Assembly (NCBI GenBank): GCA_965267575.1
Contig: OZ254086.1
Span: 4,160,001-4,224,000 of the forward strand
Direction of reading: 5' to 3'
Origin: Calditrichales bacterium
Lineage (GTDB): Bacteria > Calditrichota > Calditrichia > Calditrichales > J004
DNA: 64,000 bases
Shown here: positions 1 to 10,475 of the stretch, one piece after another
Position numbering within the stretch: the stretch's first letter is position 1
Layout: each line of letters begins with the position of its first letter
The notes under the pieces: model-generated
What the model saw: the letters and a program-made list of their open reading frames with translations, nothing else
The model's database searches: none
Told to the model about the DNA's origin: nothing
Made by a program: the position numbers and the translations under genes

Positions 1-2
1 TG

Positions 3-3000
3 TCCGTTTTTTTCCTGTTCATTAAGCGCTACAGCGGCCAGGATGATTTCACCGTGGGTACGCCGGTAGCCAACCGCCCGACATCAGAGCTGCAGAAGCT
101 GATTGGTTTTTTTGTCAATACGATCGTTGTGCGGCGCGAACTCAATGATAACATGACATTTTTGGAACACATGCAGGAAACGAAGCAACGGTTGCTGCAT
201 GCTCAAAACAACCAGGATGTGCCTTTTGAAATGCTTGTTAATAAGCTGCAGCCCGAGCGAAGCACCAGCCATTCACCGCTGTTCCAGGTGATGTATATGC
301 ATACGGCGCAACAACCGGAGCGAGACGGGTTACCCGGTCTACAAACAGAGGGTGTTTCGTTTGATTCGGCCATCGCCAAGTTTGATTTAACGCTGAGCAG
401 CGCGGAAAATCCCAACGGACTTGGGCTGGGACTGGAATACAGCACAGACCTGTTTGAAGCCAAAACAGCACGGCAAATGCTGGAAATTTTTAGCGTCATT
501 TTGGAAAAGGCGCTTGAGCAACCTGATCTGCCCTTGTCCAAATACGCCTTAACGGCCGCAGGTGAACTGCAGGCATTTTATAATACCCTTAACCACACCT
601 GGCAAGCGCAGCCTTTGCCTTTTGGCCACGTTCTGGATATGCTCGCACAAAACGCACAAACCTACGCTGAAAAAACGGCCCTTGTCTTTGGCGATGAAGA
701 AATTTCCTACGACGAACTGAACCGCCGCTCCAACCGTCTCGCCCATTATCTGCTGGCCAATGGCGCCGGGCCGGACATGCTGATCGGGCTCTGTTTTGAG
801 CGCCACCCGCAGATGGTAGTGGCCTTGCTGGCCGTGCTCAAAGCCGGCGCAGCCTATGTGCCGCTGGACCCGGCCTATCCGCAGGAGCGCCTGGCCTATA
901 TGATCGGTGACAGTGCCATGAAGCTGCTGCTGGCACACGACGCCACGGTAGGGAAACTGCCGCAAACCCAAAATGTAGCGCTGCTGAATGTGGACGATCT
1001 GAACGAAACAGTGCAAAAGCAGCCGGACGGCAACCCCGCTGTTGCGATCGACGCGCAGCATTTGGCTTATATGATTTATACGTCAGGTTCGACGGGCCGG
1101 CCAAAGGGCACGATGATTTCTCACGGCGGGTTAATACACTATTTGAGCTGGACAAAACAGGCCTATCCGCTGGATGAGGGGCGCGGTTCGCTGCTGCATT
1201 CGACGATCGCTTTTGATGCCACGGTGACGGCGTTATACACGCCGCTTCTGACCGGCAAAAGCATCACGCTGGCCGCTGCCGATGACGATTTGCAGGCACT
1301 GGGAAATACGTTGGTCAGGCATGGCGATTTCAACGTTGTCAAGATCACGCCGGCGCATCTGGACCTGCTGAGTCATCAGCTTGAACCCGCTCAGGCCGCG
1401 GGCTTAACGCGCGCATTTGTGATCGGCGGGGAGAACCTGGATGCCGCGCAGATCGCCTTCTGGCGCAAGCACGCGCCGCGGACGCACCTGTTTAACGAGT
1501 ACGGTCCTACCGAAACAGTAGTAGGCTGCGTCGTGTTCGACGCCCGCGCTTGGGACGGCGCCGGTTCGGTGCCCATTGGCCGCGCCATTCCGGGCAGCCC
1601 GGTGTATGTTTTGGACGCGCAGATGCAGCCTTTGCCGCCGGGCGTACCGGGCGAGCTGTACATCGGCGGGAACGGTGTGGCGCGCGGCTATCATGGGCGT
1701 GCCGCGCTTACGGCCGATCGTTTTGTGCCCGATCCGTTTTCCGGGCAGCCCGGGGCGCGCATGTACAAAACGGGCGACCTGGTGCGCTGGCTCAACAGCG
1801 AGCAACTGATCTTCCTCGGCCGCATCGACGAGCAGGTAAAAATCCGCGGCTACCGCATTGAGCTGGGGGAAATTGAGGCTGTGCTTAAGAACCACGAGCA
1901 GGTACGCGAAGCCGTGGTCATCGCGCGCAAAGATGACGAAGCCGCCGCACGTCTGGCCGCCTACTACATCAGCAAAGACAAAAAAGAGATCAGGGTTAAC
2001 GAGCTGCGCGGCCAGCTCAAAAAGACGCTGCCGGAATATATGCTGCCGGCAACATTTACACATCTTGAAAAATTTCCGCTTACACCCAACGGCAAAATCG
2101 ATCTGCGCAACTTGCCAAAGCCGTCAGCCGAACGCGCCGCCCTTGAAACGGACTTCGTAGCCCCACGATCGGAGAAAGAAAAAATACTGGCCGACGCGGT
2201 GGCAGCCGTGCTGAAGCTTAATAAGGTTGGTATTCACGACAATTTCTTTGAATTGGGCGGTGATTCGATTATGGCCATCCAGGTTATCAGCCGGGCTCGC
2301 AAAGGGGGCTTGCAGATAACGCCGCTACAGATGTTCCAGAATCAGACTGTGGCGGAATTAGCCGCCATAGCCGGGGAAGCACCGCGGGTCGATGCCGAGC
2401 AGGGAGAGGTAACGGGCACGATCAGGCCTACGCCCGTTATGCATACGTTTTTTGAAAAACAAGGCATGCAGTCGCACTGGAATCAATCGGTGATGATGTT
2501 GGCGGAAAGGACCTTGCAACGTGAAGCTTTGGAGAGAACCTTGCAGGTGATAGTCCGGCAGCACGATGCTTTGCGTTTGCGCTTCAGCAAGGCAGATAAC
2601 GGGATCAGCGCCGAACATGAAGCTGCACACACGGATATTTTGCGTTGGATCGATCTGTCCGGCATTTCTGACGAGGGCGAATTAATACGACGTATTGAGC
2701 AGGAAACCGAAACGATCCAGGCCTCGCTTGATATCAGCGAAGGACCGCTGCTGCGCGCCGCTTATTTTGATTGCGGCGACAGGCCCGATCGCCTGCTGCT
2801 TGTAATTCATCACCTCGTTGTGGACGGTGTCTCCTGGCGCATTCTCATGGAAGATTTTCAGCTGGCTTACGCCCAGGCTTCCGCCGGCAAAAAAGTGGAA
2901 TTGGCGGATAAAACAACATCGTTTAAGCGCTGGAGTGAGGTATTGCACGATTACGCTTTGTCCGGCAACGTAAACTCACAGAAAAATTACTGGCTGCGGA

Positions 3001-3830
3001 TGGCCCAAAAAGAAAAGGCCGCCCTGCCACTTGATAATCACAGCGCTGAAAACAGTGAAACGCAGCTGGCGCATTATGGTTTTGAACTTACAAAGGAAGA
3101 GACAACCTCTCTGCTGAAGGAGGCGCACAAGGCCTACAACACGCAGATCAACGATCTTTTGCTGACCGCTTTGCTGCGCGCTTATGTCCGCTGGTCCGGC
3201 AAGCGCAGCCTGCTGCTGCATCTGGAAGGACATGGCCGCGAGATGATTGACCCGACGGTTGACATTTCCCGAACGGTGGGGTGGTTTACATCGATTTACC
3301 CGCTGCACCTGGAACTGGGCAAGGCGGTGCAGCCCGGTGAGCAGATTCGCAGTATCAAGGAACAGATCGCTGCACTGCCCGGCAAAGGCCTGGGCTTCGG
3401 CCTGTTGCGTTATTTAAGCGCAGACGCGGAACTGCGCCAGACGCTTTCCGCGCTGGATGAAATGCAGGTGCTTTTTAACTACCTGGGGCAATTTGACCAG
3501 ACCACCGATGGCAGCGACACCCTGCTGAAGCCGGCTGAAGAGGGTCGCGGTACGGAGCGCGCCCGGGAAGCCGCCAGACTGGCGGTGTTGGACATAAATT
3601 CCAGCGTAACCGGCGGACAATGGTGCGGCACGTTCAGCTTCAGTCGTGAGCAATTCTGCCCGGAAACGATCAAACATTTTGCCGATGCCTGGACGGATGA
3701 ATTGCGGGTGCTGATTGCACATTGCAAAAACCCGCAGGCGGAAGCGGCCAAAACAGCGTCCGATTTCAAGCTAAGCAATCTGGATAACAAAAAGCTGGAC
3801 AAGGTGTTGAAACAGTTGAAGAAGAAATAA
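3..3830 (+). CDS. NRPS, 5'-truncated by the window edge: end of C domain - A (predicted Asn) - PCP - epimerization domain - COM donor tail
   Basis: Frame is open from base 3 (SVFFLFIKRYSGQDDFTVGTPVANR). A motifs YTSGSTGRPKG, FDAT, NEYGPTE, YKTGD, GYRIELGEIE, NGK. PCP GGDSI. E-domain motifs HHLVVDGVSW, EGHGRE, RTVGWFT, FNYLGQFD. C-terminal TASDF...L COM-like helix. Confidence 0.97.
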   Translation, partial: SVFFLFIKRYSGQDDFTVGTPVANRPTSELQKLIGFFVNTIVVRRELNDNMTFLEHMQETKQRLLHAQNNQDVPFEMLVNKLQPERSTSHSPLFQVMYMHTAQQPERDGLPGLQTEGVSFDSAIAKFDLTLSSAENPNGLGLGLEYSTDLFEAKTARQMLEIFSVILEKALEQPDLPLSKYALTAAGELQAFYNTLNHTWQAQPLPFGHVLDMLAQNAQTYAEKTALVFGDEEISYDELNRRSNRLAHYLLANGAGPDMLIGLCFERHPQMVVALLAVLKAGAAYVPLDPAYPQERLAYMIGDSAMKLLLAHDATVGKLPQTQNVALLNVDDLNETVQKQPDGNPAVAIDAQHLAYMIYTSGSTGRPKGTMISHGGLIHYLSWTKQAYPLDEGRGSLLHSTIAFDATVTALYTPLLTGKSITLAAADDDLQALGNTLVRHGDFNVVKITPAHLDLLSHQLEPAQAAGLTRAFVIGGENLDAAQIAFWRKHAPRTHLFNEYGPTETVVGCVVFDARAWDGAGSVPIGRAIPGSPVYVLDAQMQPLPPGVPGELYIGGNGVARGYHGRAALTADRFVPDPFSGQPGARMYKTGDLVRWLNSEQLIFLGRIDEQVKIRGYRIELGEIEAVLKNHEQVREAVVIARKDDEAAARLAAYYISKDKKEIRVNELRGQLKKTLPEYMLPATFTHLEKFPLTPNGKIDLRNLPKPSAERAALETDFVAPRSEKEKILADAVAAVLKLNKVGIHDNFFELGGDSIMAIQVISRARKGGLQITPLQMFQNQTVAELAAIAGEAPRVDAEQGEVTGTIRPTPVMHTFFEKQGMQSHWNQSVMMLAERTLQREALERTLQVIVRQHDALRLRFSKADNGISAEHEAAHTDILRWIDLSGISDEGELIRRIEQETETIQASLDISEGPLLRAAYFDCGDRPDRLLLVIHHLVVDGVSWRILMEDFQLAYAQASAGKKVELADKTTSFKRWSEVLHDYALSGNVNSQKNYWLRMAQKEKAALPLDNHSAENSETQLAHYGFELTKEETTSLLKEAHKAYNTQINDLLLTALLRAYVRWSGKRSLLLHLEGHGREMIDPTVDISRTVGWFTSIYPLHLELGKAVQPGEQIRSIKEQIAALPGKGLGFGLLRYLSADAELRQTLSALDEMQVLFNYLGQFDQTTDGSDTLLKPAEEGRGTERAREAARLAVLDINSSVTGGQWCGTFSFSREQFCPETIKHFADAWTDELRVLIAHCKNPQAEAAKTASDFKLSNLDNKKLDKVLKQLKKK
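585..1879 (+). repeat. Copy 1 of a 1295-bp near-identical repeat (A-domain core), matching 15667-16961
   Basis: Constant offset of 15082 bp. Alternative-frame ORF translations are identical in both copies. Six substitutions seen (818, 819, 875, 899, 916, 929). Confidence 0.95.
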
Positions 3831-3900
3831 AAGATGATCGCGGGATTTGGAGATTGACGCGATCATATCGGTCGGCGAACAGCCGCACCAGGATTTCAGG

Positions 3901-3940
3901 CACATTAACACGATAACACATTAGCATATTAACACGTTTA
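3901..3940 (+). repeat. Five imperfect tandem 8-mers (CACATTAA-like) directly before the start codon of the second NRPS
   Basis: cacattaa cacgataa cacattag catattaa cacgttta. Confidence 0.8.
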
Positions 3941-3941
3941 A

Positions 3942-6900
3942 ATGGAAAATATAAAAGACATATATCCGCTTTCACCGATGCAGCAGGGTATGCTGTTTCA
4001 TACACTTTACGCGCCGGAGACGGAAGCATACATTGAGCAACTTAGCTGCACATTGCACGGTAATTTGAACACGGATGCTTTCCGCCGGGCCTGGCAGGAG
4101 GTCCTTAACCGTCACGACATTCTTCGCAGTGCCTTTATCTGGCAGGATGTGGAAGAACCGCTGCAGGTTGTGCATGAGCAACTGGAACTGCCCTTCGAAG
4201 TGCTGGACTGGTCTGGCAAAAACGATGGTGAAAAAGCTTATGCACAGTTTTTGGCTGATACGCGACGTGCAGGGCTGGACCTGAGCGACGCACCGTTGTT
4301 GCGCATTTATCTGATCAGGGTAGCAGCTGACAAGCATTATTTTATCTTTTTGCATCACCATTTACTGATCGATGGCTGGGGCCTACCCGTTATTATGGGT
4401 GAAGTGTTTAAGCTTTACAGCGCCTACGATAAGGGCGAGGATATTTACCTTGAAACACCTCGTCCCTACAGTGAATACATCGCCTGGCTGCAGCAGCAGG
4501 ATATGGAACAGGCCAAAAGCTTCTGGCAGGAACGCATGGCCGGCTTTACGGCGCCCACGCCGCTTACCGTCGACAGGCCGGCGCAAAAGGACGACACCGG
4601 CTATCGCATCGATCGCTTTAACCTAGATGAGCAAGCTTCCCAAAAGCTTCACGAGCTGGCCCGCACCAAAGGCATCACGCTGAATACAGTGATTCAGGGC
4701 GCCTGGGCCTTTCTGCTGAGCCGTTACAGCCGCAACGATGATGTCGTTTTTGGCGCTACGGTTTCGGGCAGGCCGGCGGAAATCCCGGGCATAGAAACAA
4801 TGGTTGGCCTTTTTATCAACACCCTGCCGGTCCGCGCTTTGATCGATGATGAGAATAGTTTTAGCACATACCTCAATAGCCTGCAGATGCAGCAGGCCGA
4901 AACGCGGCAATACGAGTACACGCCGTTGATAGAGATACAGGGTGTTAGCGATGTGCCGCGCGACCTGCCCCTTTTTGAAACGCTGCTGGTATTTGAAAAC
5001 TACCCGATGGACGAAGCCATGCAGCAGCAGGAATCGGAGCTGAAGGTCAGAGACGTCCATTTCCAGGAACGCAGCAACTACCCGCTGACCCTGGTCAGTG
5101 CGCCGGGCAAGATCATCGCTTTTGAGATGGCTTACGAAACAGCACGGTTAAGCGCGGACACCATCGAACGCATGGCCGCCCATTTCAAAATGATCCTGAC
5201 CCAGCTGGCCGAAAAACCCGAAAAAAAGCTTAAAGACGTTCTACTGCTTGATGAGGCTGAATACAAAAAAACGGTTTATGAGTGGAACGAGACCGACAGC
5301 GCTTATCCTGACAAGACCATCCATGCCTGTTTTGAGGCGATGGTAAAAAAATATCCTCAACACAAAGCGCTTGTCTTTGGGGAAGAAAGCCGGAGCTATG
5401 ACCAACTGAACCGGCGCGCCAACCAAATCGCTAACCTGCTGCTTGAAAAAGGACTACAGCCGGAAGAGCCTGTGGCCATTTGCCTGCCGCGCTCCTTTGA
5501 TATGATTGCTGCTTCGATTGCCGTATTGAAAGCCGGCGGATGTTACGTGCCGATTGATTCCACCTACCCCGCAGATCGCATCAACTACATTATTGACGAT
5601 TCAGGCGCAGGCAAGATCATTACGCACAGCAGCCTGGATGCGCTGCCGGCGGACAAGCCAATGCTGCTTCTGGACAAGATGCAGGCCGAGCTGCAAAAAA
5701 TGTCTGCTGACAATCCGTCCCATAATGTGGACCAGGATTTTCTGGCCTATATCATTTACACGTCGGGTTCCACCGGCAAGCCCAAAGGCGTCATGCTGCG
5801 TCACGGCGGTTTTATGAACCTGGCGGATGCCCAGCAAAAGAGCTTCGAGGTGAAGCCGCAATCGCATTACCTGCAGTTTGCGTCGTTTAGTTTTGACGCG
5901 GCGGTGGGTGAAATTTTTGTAGCCCTTACCGCCGGGGCCGCACTTTACCTGATCGAAAAAGAGACCATCTTGTCCAAAGAGAAGCTGACCCGTTTCCTAA
6001 ACGACAACCAAATCCACGTGGCCACATTGCCCCCTTCCCTGCTCTCCGTTTTGGCCGACCAGGAGTTTCCTCATTTGCAAACGATTGCTTCTGTGGGTGA
6101 GGCTTGTTCGCTGGAACTGGCGGGGAAATGGAAAGACCGGGTGCGCTTTTTTAACGGCTACGGACCAACCGAGGCCAGTGTCGGCTGCGCCTGGACCATC
6201 GTTGAAAAACTGCCTGAAAACACGCGCACCATGCCCATCGGCAAGCCCATACAAAACGACCGCCTTTACATACTTGACGAACACCTGAAACCATGCCCCA
6301 TCGGCGTTCCCGGCGAGTTATGCATCGCGAGCGTGGGGTTGGCACGCGGCTATTTGCAACGTCCGGGACTTAGCGCTGAAAAGTTCGTACCTAATCCCTT
6401 TAGCAAGAAAGAAGGGGCGCGTCTCTACCGCACCGGTGACCTTGTTCGCTGGCTGCCGGACGGTAATCTGGAGTTTCTGGGCCGCATCGATTTTCAGGTC
6501 AAGATCCGCGGAAACCGTATTGAGCTGGGTGAGATTGAAGCTGTCCTGACACGCCACGAAAACGTTCGTGAAGCCGTGGTTCTGGCCCTGGGCGACAACC
6601 CTGATGCCATGCGGCTAGCCGCATATGTTGTCCTGAACGAACCCGCTAAAAGCGACGCCCCGGCTTTGCGCCGCTATATGGCCGGCGAGCTGCCCGAATA
6701 CATGCTCCCTTCGGCGATTGTTTTGATGGACGAATTTCCGTTAACGCACAACGGCAAAATCAATCGTCGTGCGCTGCCGGAGCCGCAGGAAGATGACAGC
6801 CACAGCGGCAGCTACGTCGCACCGTCCACGCCAACGGAAGAACTGCTGGCCGGCATCTGGGCCGATGTGTTGAAAAAAGAACGGGTTGGCGCCGCTGACA

Positions 6901-9900
6901 ATTTTTTCGAGCTGGGCGGCCATTCTCTTTTGGCCACGCAACTGGTTTCACGCATACGTGACGCCTTTGATGTGGAACTGCCGCTGCGTGATCTTTTTGA
7001 ACAACCCACTGTGGCTTATCTGGCGCGGATAATCGACAGCAGTCGTGACGGTGCCTCCGTTGATGTTCCGCCATTGAAAACGCAGCCCCGTGAAGGCGAC
7101 ATCCCGCTCACCTATTCACAACAGCGTCTTTGGTTTTTGGATCAGCTGCAACCGGGCGGCTCCTTTTATAACATCGGATCCGCTTTTATTATCAAAGGCG
7201 CATTAAATGAGGAGGTCCTGCAGCAAGCGGTAAACGCACTCGTGCGACGCCATGAAATACTGCGCACTACCTTTGAAGACAAGGAAGGCAAGCCCGTTCA
7301 GCGTATCGCCGAAAGCCTGGAAATTCCAATCCAAAAGCAGGATTTTTCCGGGTTGGAAAAAGCGGAGCAAGAGCAAAAACTGCGCGAGGCCGCCCGCAAA
7401 GAATTTGGCAGTTCCTTTGATCTGGCAAAAGGCCCGCTGCTGCGCGTTCATTTAATAACTCTTGGGCAGGAGCGCCACGCCCTGCTTACGAATATCCATC
7501 ATATTATTGCCGACGGCTGGTCCATGGGCGTCATCATTTCCGAGATTGCCGCGTTGTATGCCGGTTATGTTGGGGATGGCGAGGTGTCGTTACCGCCCCT
7601 GGATATCCAGTACGCCGACTACGCCATCTGGCAGCGCGAATGGCTGAAAGATGACGTGCTCGAAGATCAACTTAACTGGTGGAAAAATACAATCGGCAGC
7701 GACCCGCCTGTGCTGGAACTGCCGCTGGACCGTCCGCGTCCGGCCGTACAAACTTTTAATGGCGCGTCGTTTACCCGCGACCTCTCCAACGAACTTTCAC
7801 AAAATGTCGAAAGGTTGAGCAACAGCTACGGCGTCACATCCTTTATGACCTACCTGGCGGCTTTTCAGGCGCTGCTGCACCGCTACAGCAATCAACCGGA
7901 TGTCATTGTCGGTTCGCCCATTGCCAACAGGCGCCACTCCGAAACCGAAAAGCTGGTGGGCTTTTTTGTTAACAATCTTGTCTTAAAAACCGGCTTTGGA
8001 GATGATCCGGAATTTGGCGACCTGCTCAAACGTGTTCGTGAAAATACACTGGCCGCCTATGCACACCAGGATGTGCCCTTTGAACAGATTGTGGACGCCG
8101 TGGTGCGCAAACGCGAAATGAGTCATTCACCCGTTTTCCAGGTGATGTTTGTGTTCCAAAATCTGCCGCAGCAAAAAATTGAATCTGCCGGGCTTACGCT
8201 GGAAGGGCTGGAGGAAGATTCGACCACAGCCAAATTCGATATTTCGCTGACCCTGGCCCGCACCGATCATGGTATGGCCATGCAGTTGGAGTACAATACC
8301 GATCTGTTTGAGCGCTACACGATGGAGCGGATGGCGTCACACTATTTGCGTTTCCTGGACAGGGCCGTAAAAGATCCCGAATTAACCGTGTCCGAGATTG
8401 AATATCTGGGCAAAGAAGAAAAAGAACTGCTGTTGCAAGAATGGAATCACACAGCGGCAGAATTTGAACGTGAACTTTGCGTGCATGAAAAGTTTGCGCG
8501 CCACGTGGCCGAAACACCCGATCAACCCGCGCTGATTTATAAAGATAATACCATGTCCTACGCCGAACTGGACAAGAAAGCGGGAGCCATCGCGCGTAAG
8601 CTGCAGGACCTTGGTGTTGGGCACGATGACCGTGTGGGTATCTGCCTTGAGCGCTCATTTGAAATGATGGCCGGTATTGTCGGAGCCTTGAAAGCCGGCG
8701 CCGCTTTTGTGCCGCTGGATCCTGCTTATCCACAAGAACGCCTCAATTACATGATTGAAGACTCCGGGCTGAAAGTGCTGCTCTATCACAACGCCTCCAA
8801 AGAAACGGTGGAGACCCTCGACAAGAAACAGGCACATCCGCTTAACCTGGATGATGAGACAAATTTTCCGGCCACATCGCCGCGTCCGCTAAAAGTGTTT
8901 CCGCACAACCTGGCTTATATGATCTATACCTCCGGTTCCACCGGCAGGCCCAAAGGAACACTGCTGCCGCACCGCGGATTGCTCAACCTGGCCAACGAGC
9001 AGCGCAAGGCTTTTCAGATTTGCAAGGATACACGTATCCTGCAATTCTCTTCGCTCAGTTTTGATGCCGCCACCTGGGAAACGGTGATGGCGCTGCTGAA
9101 CGGCGCGACGCTGTGCCTGGTGGATCGGGAGATATTGAACTCGGGTGAAACTTTGGTGCAGGCGCTCAAAGAATTAAAGATCACGACTGTAACGCTGCCG
9201 CCGTCTGTGCTGGCGGTTTTCCCCAAAGAGGAGCTCCCGGATCTAAAAACGATCGTTACCGCAGGTGAAAAATGCACCACTGAACTGGTCAGGAACTGGG
9301 CCGGCGGACGCAGATTCTTTAACGCCTACGGACCGACCGAAACGACTGTGTGCGCGTCGATGTACCTGACGAACGAGAACGAAAAAGAGGCGCCGCCCAT
9401 CGGATCGCCGATCGGCAACTTCCGGCTTTATGTGCTGGACGAGCGTCAGCAACCTGTGGCTATTGGAATTCCAGGTGAATTATGTATCGGCGGCGAGGGA
9501 CTTGCCCGGGGCTATCACAAGCGCGCCGGTCTTACCGCTGAAAAATTCATCCCCGATCCGTTCAGCGGCGAAGAAGGCAGCCGTCTTTACCGCAGCGGCG
9601 ATCTTGTGCGCTGGACGCGCGACGGCAACCTTGAATTTATGGGACGCATCGACCAGCAGGTTAAAGTACGCGGTTTCCGCATTGAGCTGGGCGAAATCGA
9701 AAGTAATTTAGGCGCCTTAGAAGGCATCCGTGATGCCGTGGTGCTGGCGCGCGAAGATGTACCCGGCGAAAAGCGTCTTGTCGGTTATTACGTTACGGAC
9801 AAGGACAAAATGCTTCAGCCGTCCGAAATACGATCCGCTTTGAAGAAGACATTACCGGAATACATGGTGCCCGCGGCTTTCTTGGCGCTGGACGCCATGC

Positions 9901-10295
9901 CGCTGACACCCAACGGCAAAATCGATCGTCGCGCCCTGCCGGCCCCGGAAATGGATCGCTCGCAACTGTCTGCTGAATTCATCGCCCCGCGAAACGAAAC
10001 GGAAAAAGCGCTGGCCGAAATCGCCGGCGAATTGCTACACGTCGAAAAAGTGGGCGTCTACGATAATTTCTTTGAGTTGGGCGGGCACTCGCTGCTGGCG
10101 ACGCAATATATTTCGCGCGTGCGCTCTCGCTTTGATGTGGAAATCCCGCTGATGGCGCTGTTCGAAAAGCCGACCATCGCCGAGCTGTCCGACGCCGTCG
10201 AGATCGCCAAAGCCAGCGGCATTAAAGCCAAACCAAAAATCGAACGCGTAGACCGCGGCAGCCGCGCGGCGAGAAGACCGCGGAGGCGGGAGTAA
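3942..10295 (+). CDS. Two-module NRPS: C(DCL)-A(unassigned)-PCP-C(LCL)-A(predicted Phe)-PCP
   Basis: N-terminal IYPLSPMQQGMLFH and HHHLLIDGW are typical of a DCL domain after an E domain. Second C domain has HHIIADGWS. Two A domains with full core motifs and two GGHSL PCPs. Confidence 0.97.
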   Translation: MENIKDIYPLSPMQQGMLFHTLYAPETEAYIEQLSCTLHGNLNTDAFRRAWQEVLNRHDILRSAFIWQDVEEPLQVVHEQLELPFEVLDWSGKNDGEKAYAQFLADTRRAGLDLSDAPLLRIYLIRVAADKHYFIFLHHHLLIDGWGLPVIMGEVFKLYSAYDKGEDIYLETPRPYSEYIAWLQQQDMEQAKSFWQERMAGFTAPTPLTVDRPAQKDDTGYRIDRFNLDEQASQKLHELARTKGITLNTVIQGAWAFLLSRYSRNDDVVFGATVSGRPAEIPGIETMVGLFINTLPVRALIDDENSFSTYLNSLQMQQAETRQYEYTPLIEIQGVSDVPRDLPLFETLLVFENYPMDEAMQQQESELKVRDVHFQERSNYPLTLVSAPGKIIAFEMAYETARLSADTIERMAAHFKMILTQLAEKPEKKLKDVLLLDEAEYKKTVYEWNETDSAYPDKTIHACFEAMVKKYPQHKALVFGEESRSYDQLNRRANQIANLLLEKGLQPEEPVAICLPRSFDMIAASIAVLKAGGCYVPIDSTYPADRINYIIDDSGAGKIITHSSLDALPADKPMLLLDKMQAELQKMSADNPSHNVDQDFLAYIIYTSGSTGKPKGVMLRHGGFMNLADAQQKSFEVKPQSHYLQFASFSFDAAVGEIFVALTAGAALYLIEKETILSKEKLTRFLNDNQIHVATLPPSLLSVLADQEFPHLQTIASVGEACSLELAGKWKDRVRFFNGYGPTEASVGCAWTIVEKLPENTRTMPIGKPIQNDRLYILDEHLKPCPIGVPGELCIASVGLARGYLQRPGLSAEKFVPNPFSKKEGARLYRTGDLVRWLPDGNLEFLGRIDFQVKIRGNRIELGEIEAVLTRHENVREAVVLALGDNPDAMRLAAYVVLNEPAKSDAPALRRYMAGELPEYMLPSAIVLMDEFPLTHNGKINRRALPEPQEDDSHSGSYVAPSTPTEELLAGIWADVLKKERVGAADNFFELGGHSLLATQLVSRIRDAFDVELPLRDLFEQPTVAYLARIIDSSRDGASVDVPPLKTQPREGDIPLTYSQQRLWFLDQLQPGGSFYNIGSAFIIKGALNEEVLQQAVNALVRRHEILRTTFEDKEGKPVQRIAESLEIPIQKQDFSGLEKAEQEQKLREAARKEFGSSFDLAKGPLLRVHLITLGQERHALLTNIHHIIADGWSMGVIISEIAALYAGYVGDGEVSLPPLDIQYADYAIWQREWLKDDVLEDQLNWWKNTIGSDPPVLELPLDRPRPAVQTFNGASFTRDLSNELSQNVERLSNSYGVTSFMTYLAAFQALLHRYSNQPDVIVGSPIANRRHSETEKLVGFFVNNLVLKTGFGDDPEFGDLLKRVRENTLAAYAHQDVPFEQIVDAVVRKREMSHSPVFQVMFVFQNLPQQKIESAGLTLEGLEEDSTTAKFDISLTLARTDHGMAMQLEYNTDLFERYTMERMASHYLRFLDRAVKDPELTVSEIEYLGKEEKELLLQEWNHTAAEFERELCVHEKFARHVAETPDQPALIYKDNTMSYAELDKKAGAIARKLQDLGVGHDDRVGICLERSFEMMAGIVGALKAGAAFVPLDPAYPQERLNYMIEDSGLKVLLYHNASKETVETLDKKQAHPLNLDDETNFPATSPRPLKVFPHNLAYMIYTSGSTGRPKGTLLPHRGLLNLANEQRKAFQICKDTRILQFSSLSFDAATWETVMALLNGATLCLVDREILNSGETLVQALKELKITTVTLPPSVLAVFPKEELPDLKTIVTAGEKCTTELVRNWAGGRRFFNAYGPTETTVCASMYLTNENEKEAPPIGSPIGNFRLYVLDERQQPVAIGIPGELCIGGEGLARGYHKRAGLTAEKFIPDPFSGEEGSRLYRSGDLVRWTRDGNLEFMGRIDQQVKVRGFRIELGEIESNLGALEGIRDAVVLAREDVPGEKRLVGYYVTDKDKMLQPSEIRSALKKTLPEYMVPAAFLALDAMPLTPNGKIDRRALPAPEMDRSQLSAEFIAPRNETEKALAEIAGELLHVEKVGVYDNFFELGGHSLLATQYISRVRSRFDVEIPLMALFEKPTIAELSDAVEIAKASGIKAKPKIERVDRGSRAARRPRRRE

Positions 10296-10344
10296 ATTGG
10301 TGAATTAGGTTTTTTTCAAAATTCAAAGGTAAGCCGAAATACGA

Positions 10345-10438
10345 TCCCCCGCTCGGGCGGGGCTAGGGGTGGGTTTTTTCGACCTTCTGGATCAATATAA
10401 TATGATTGACCCATTCCGAACCTTTTCCGTGAAGGGAA
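10345..10438. repeat. Inverted pair of ~31-bp REP-like hairpin repeats (10345-10375 minus, 10408-10438 plus)
   Basis: Reverse complement of 10345-10375 is aacccacccctagccccgcccgagcggggga; 10408-10438 is gacccattccgaaccttttccgtgaagggaa. Both match the copy at 10853-10883. Confidence 0.8.
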
Positions 10439-10475
10439 TTAGTTTGTGGATTTATCAATGGTGGGGCATAATTGA

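Noticed and set aside
3901..3940. Tandem repeats as a CRISPR array
   Set aside because: 8-bp units with no spacers; no cas genes and no repeat-spacer structure seen anywhere in the window.
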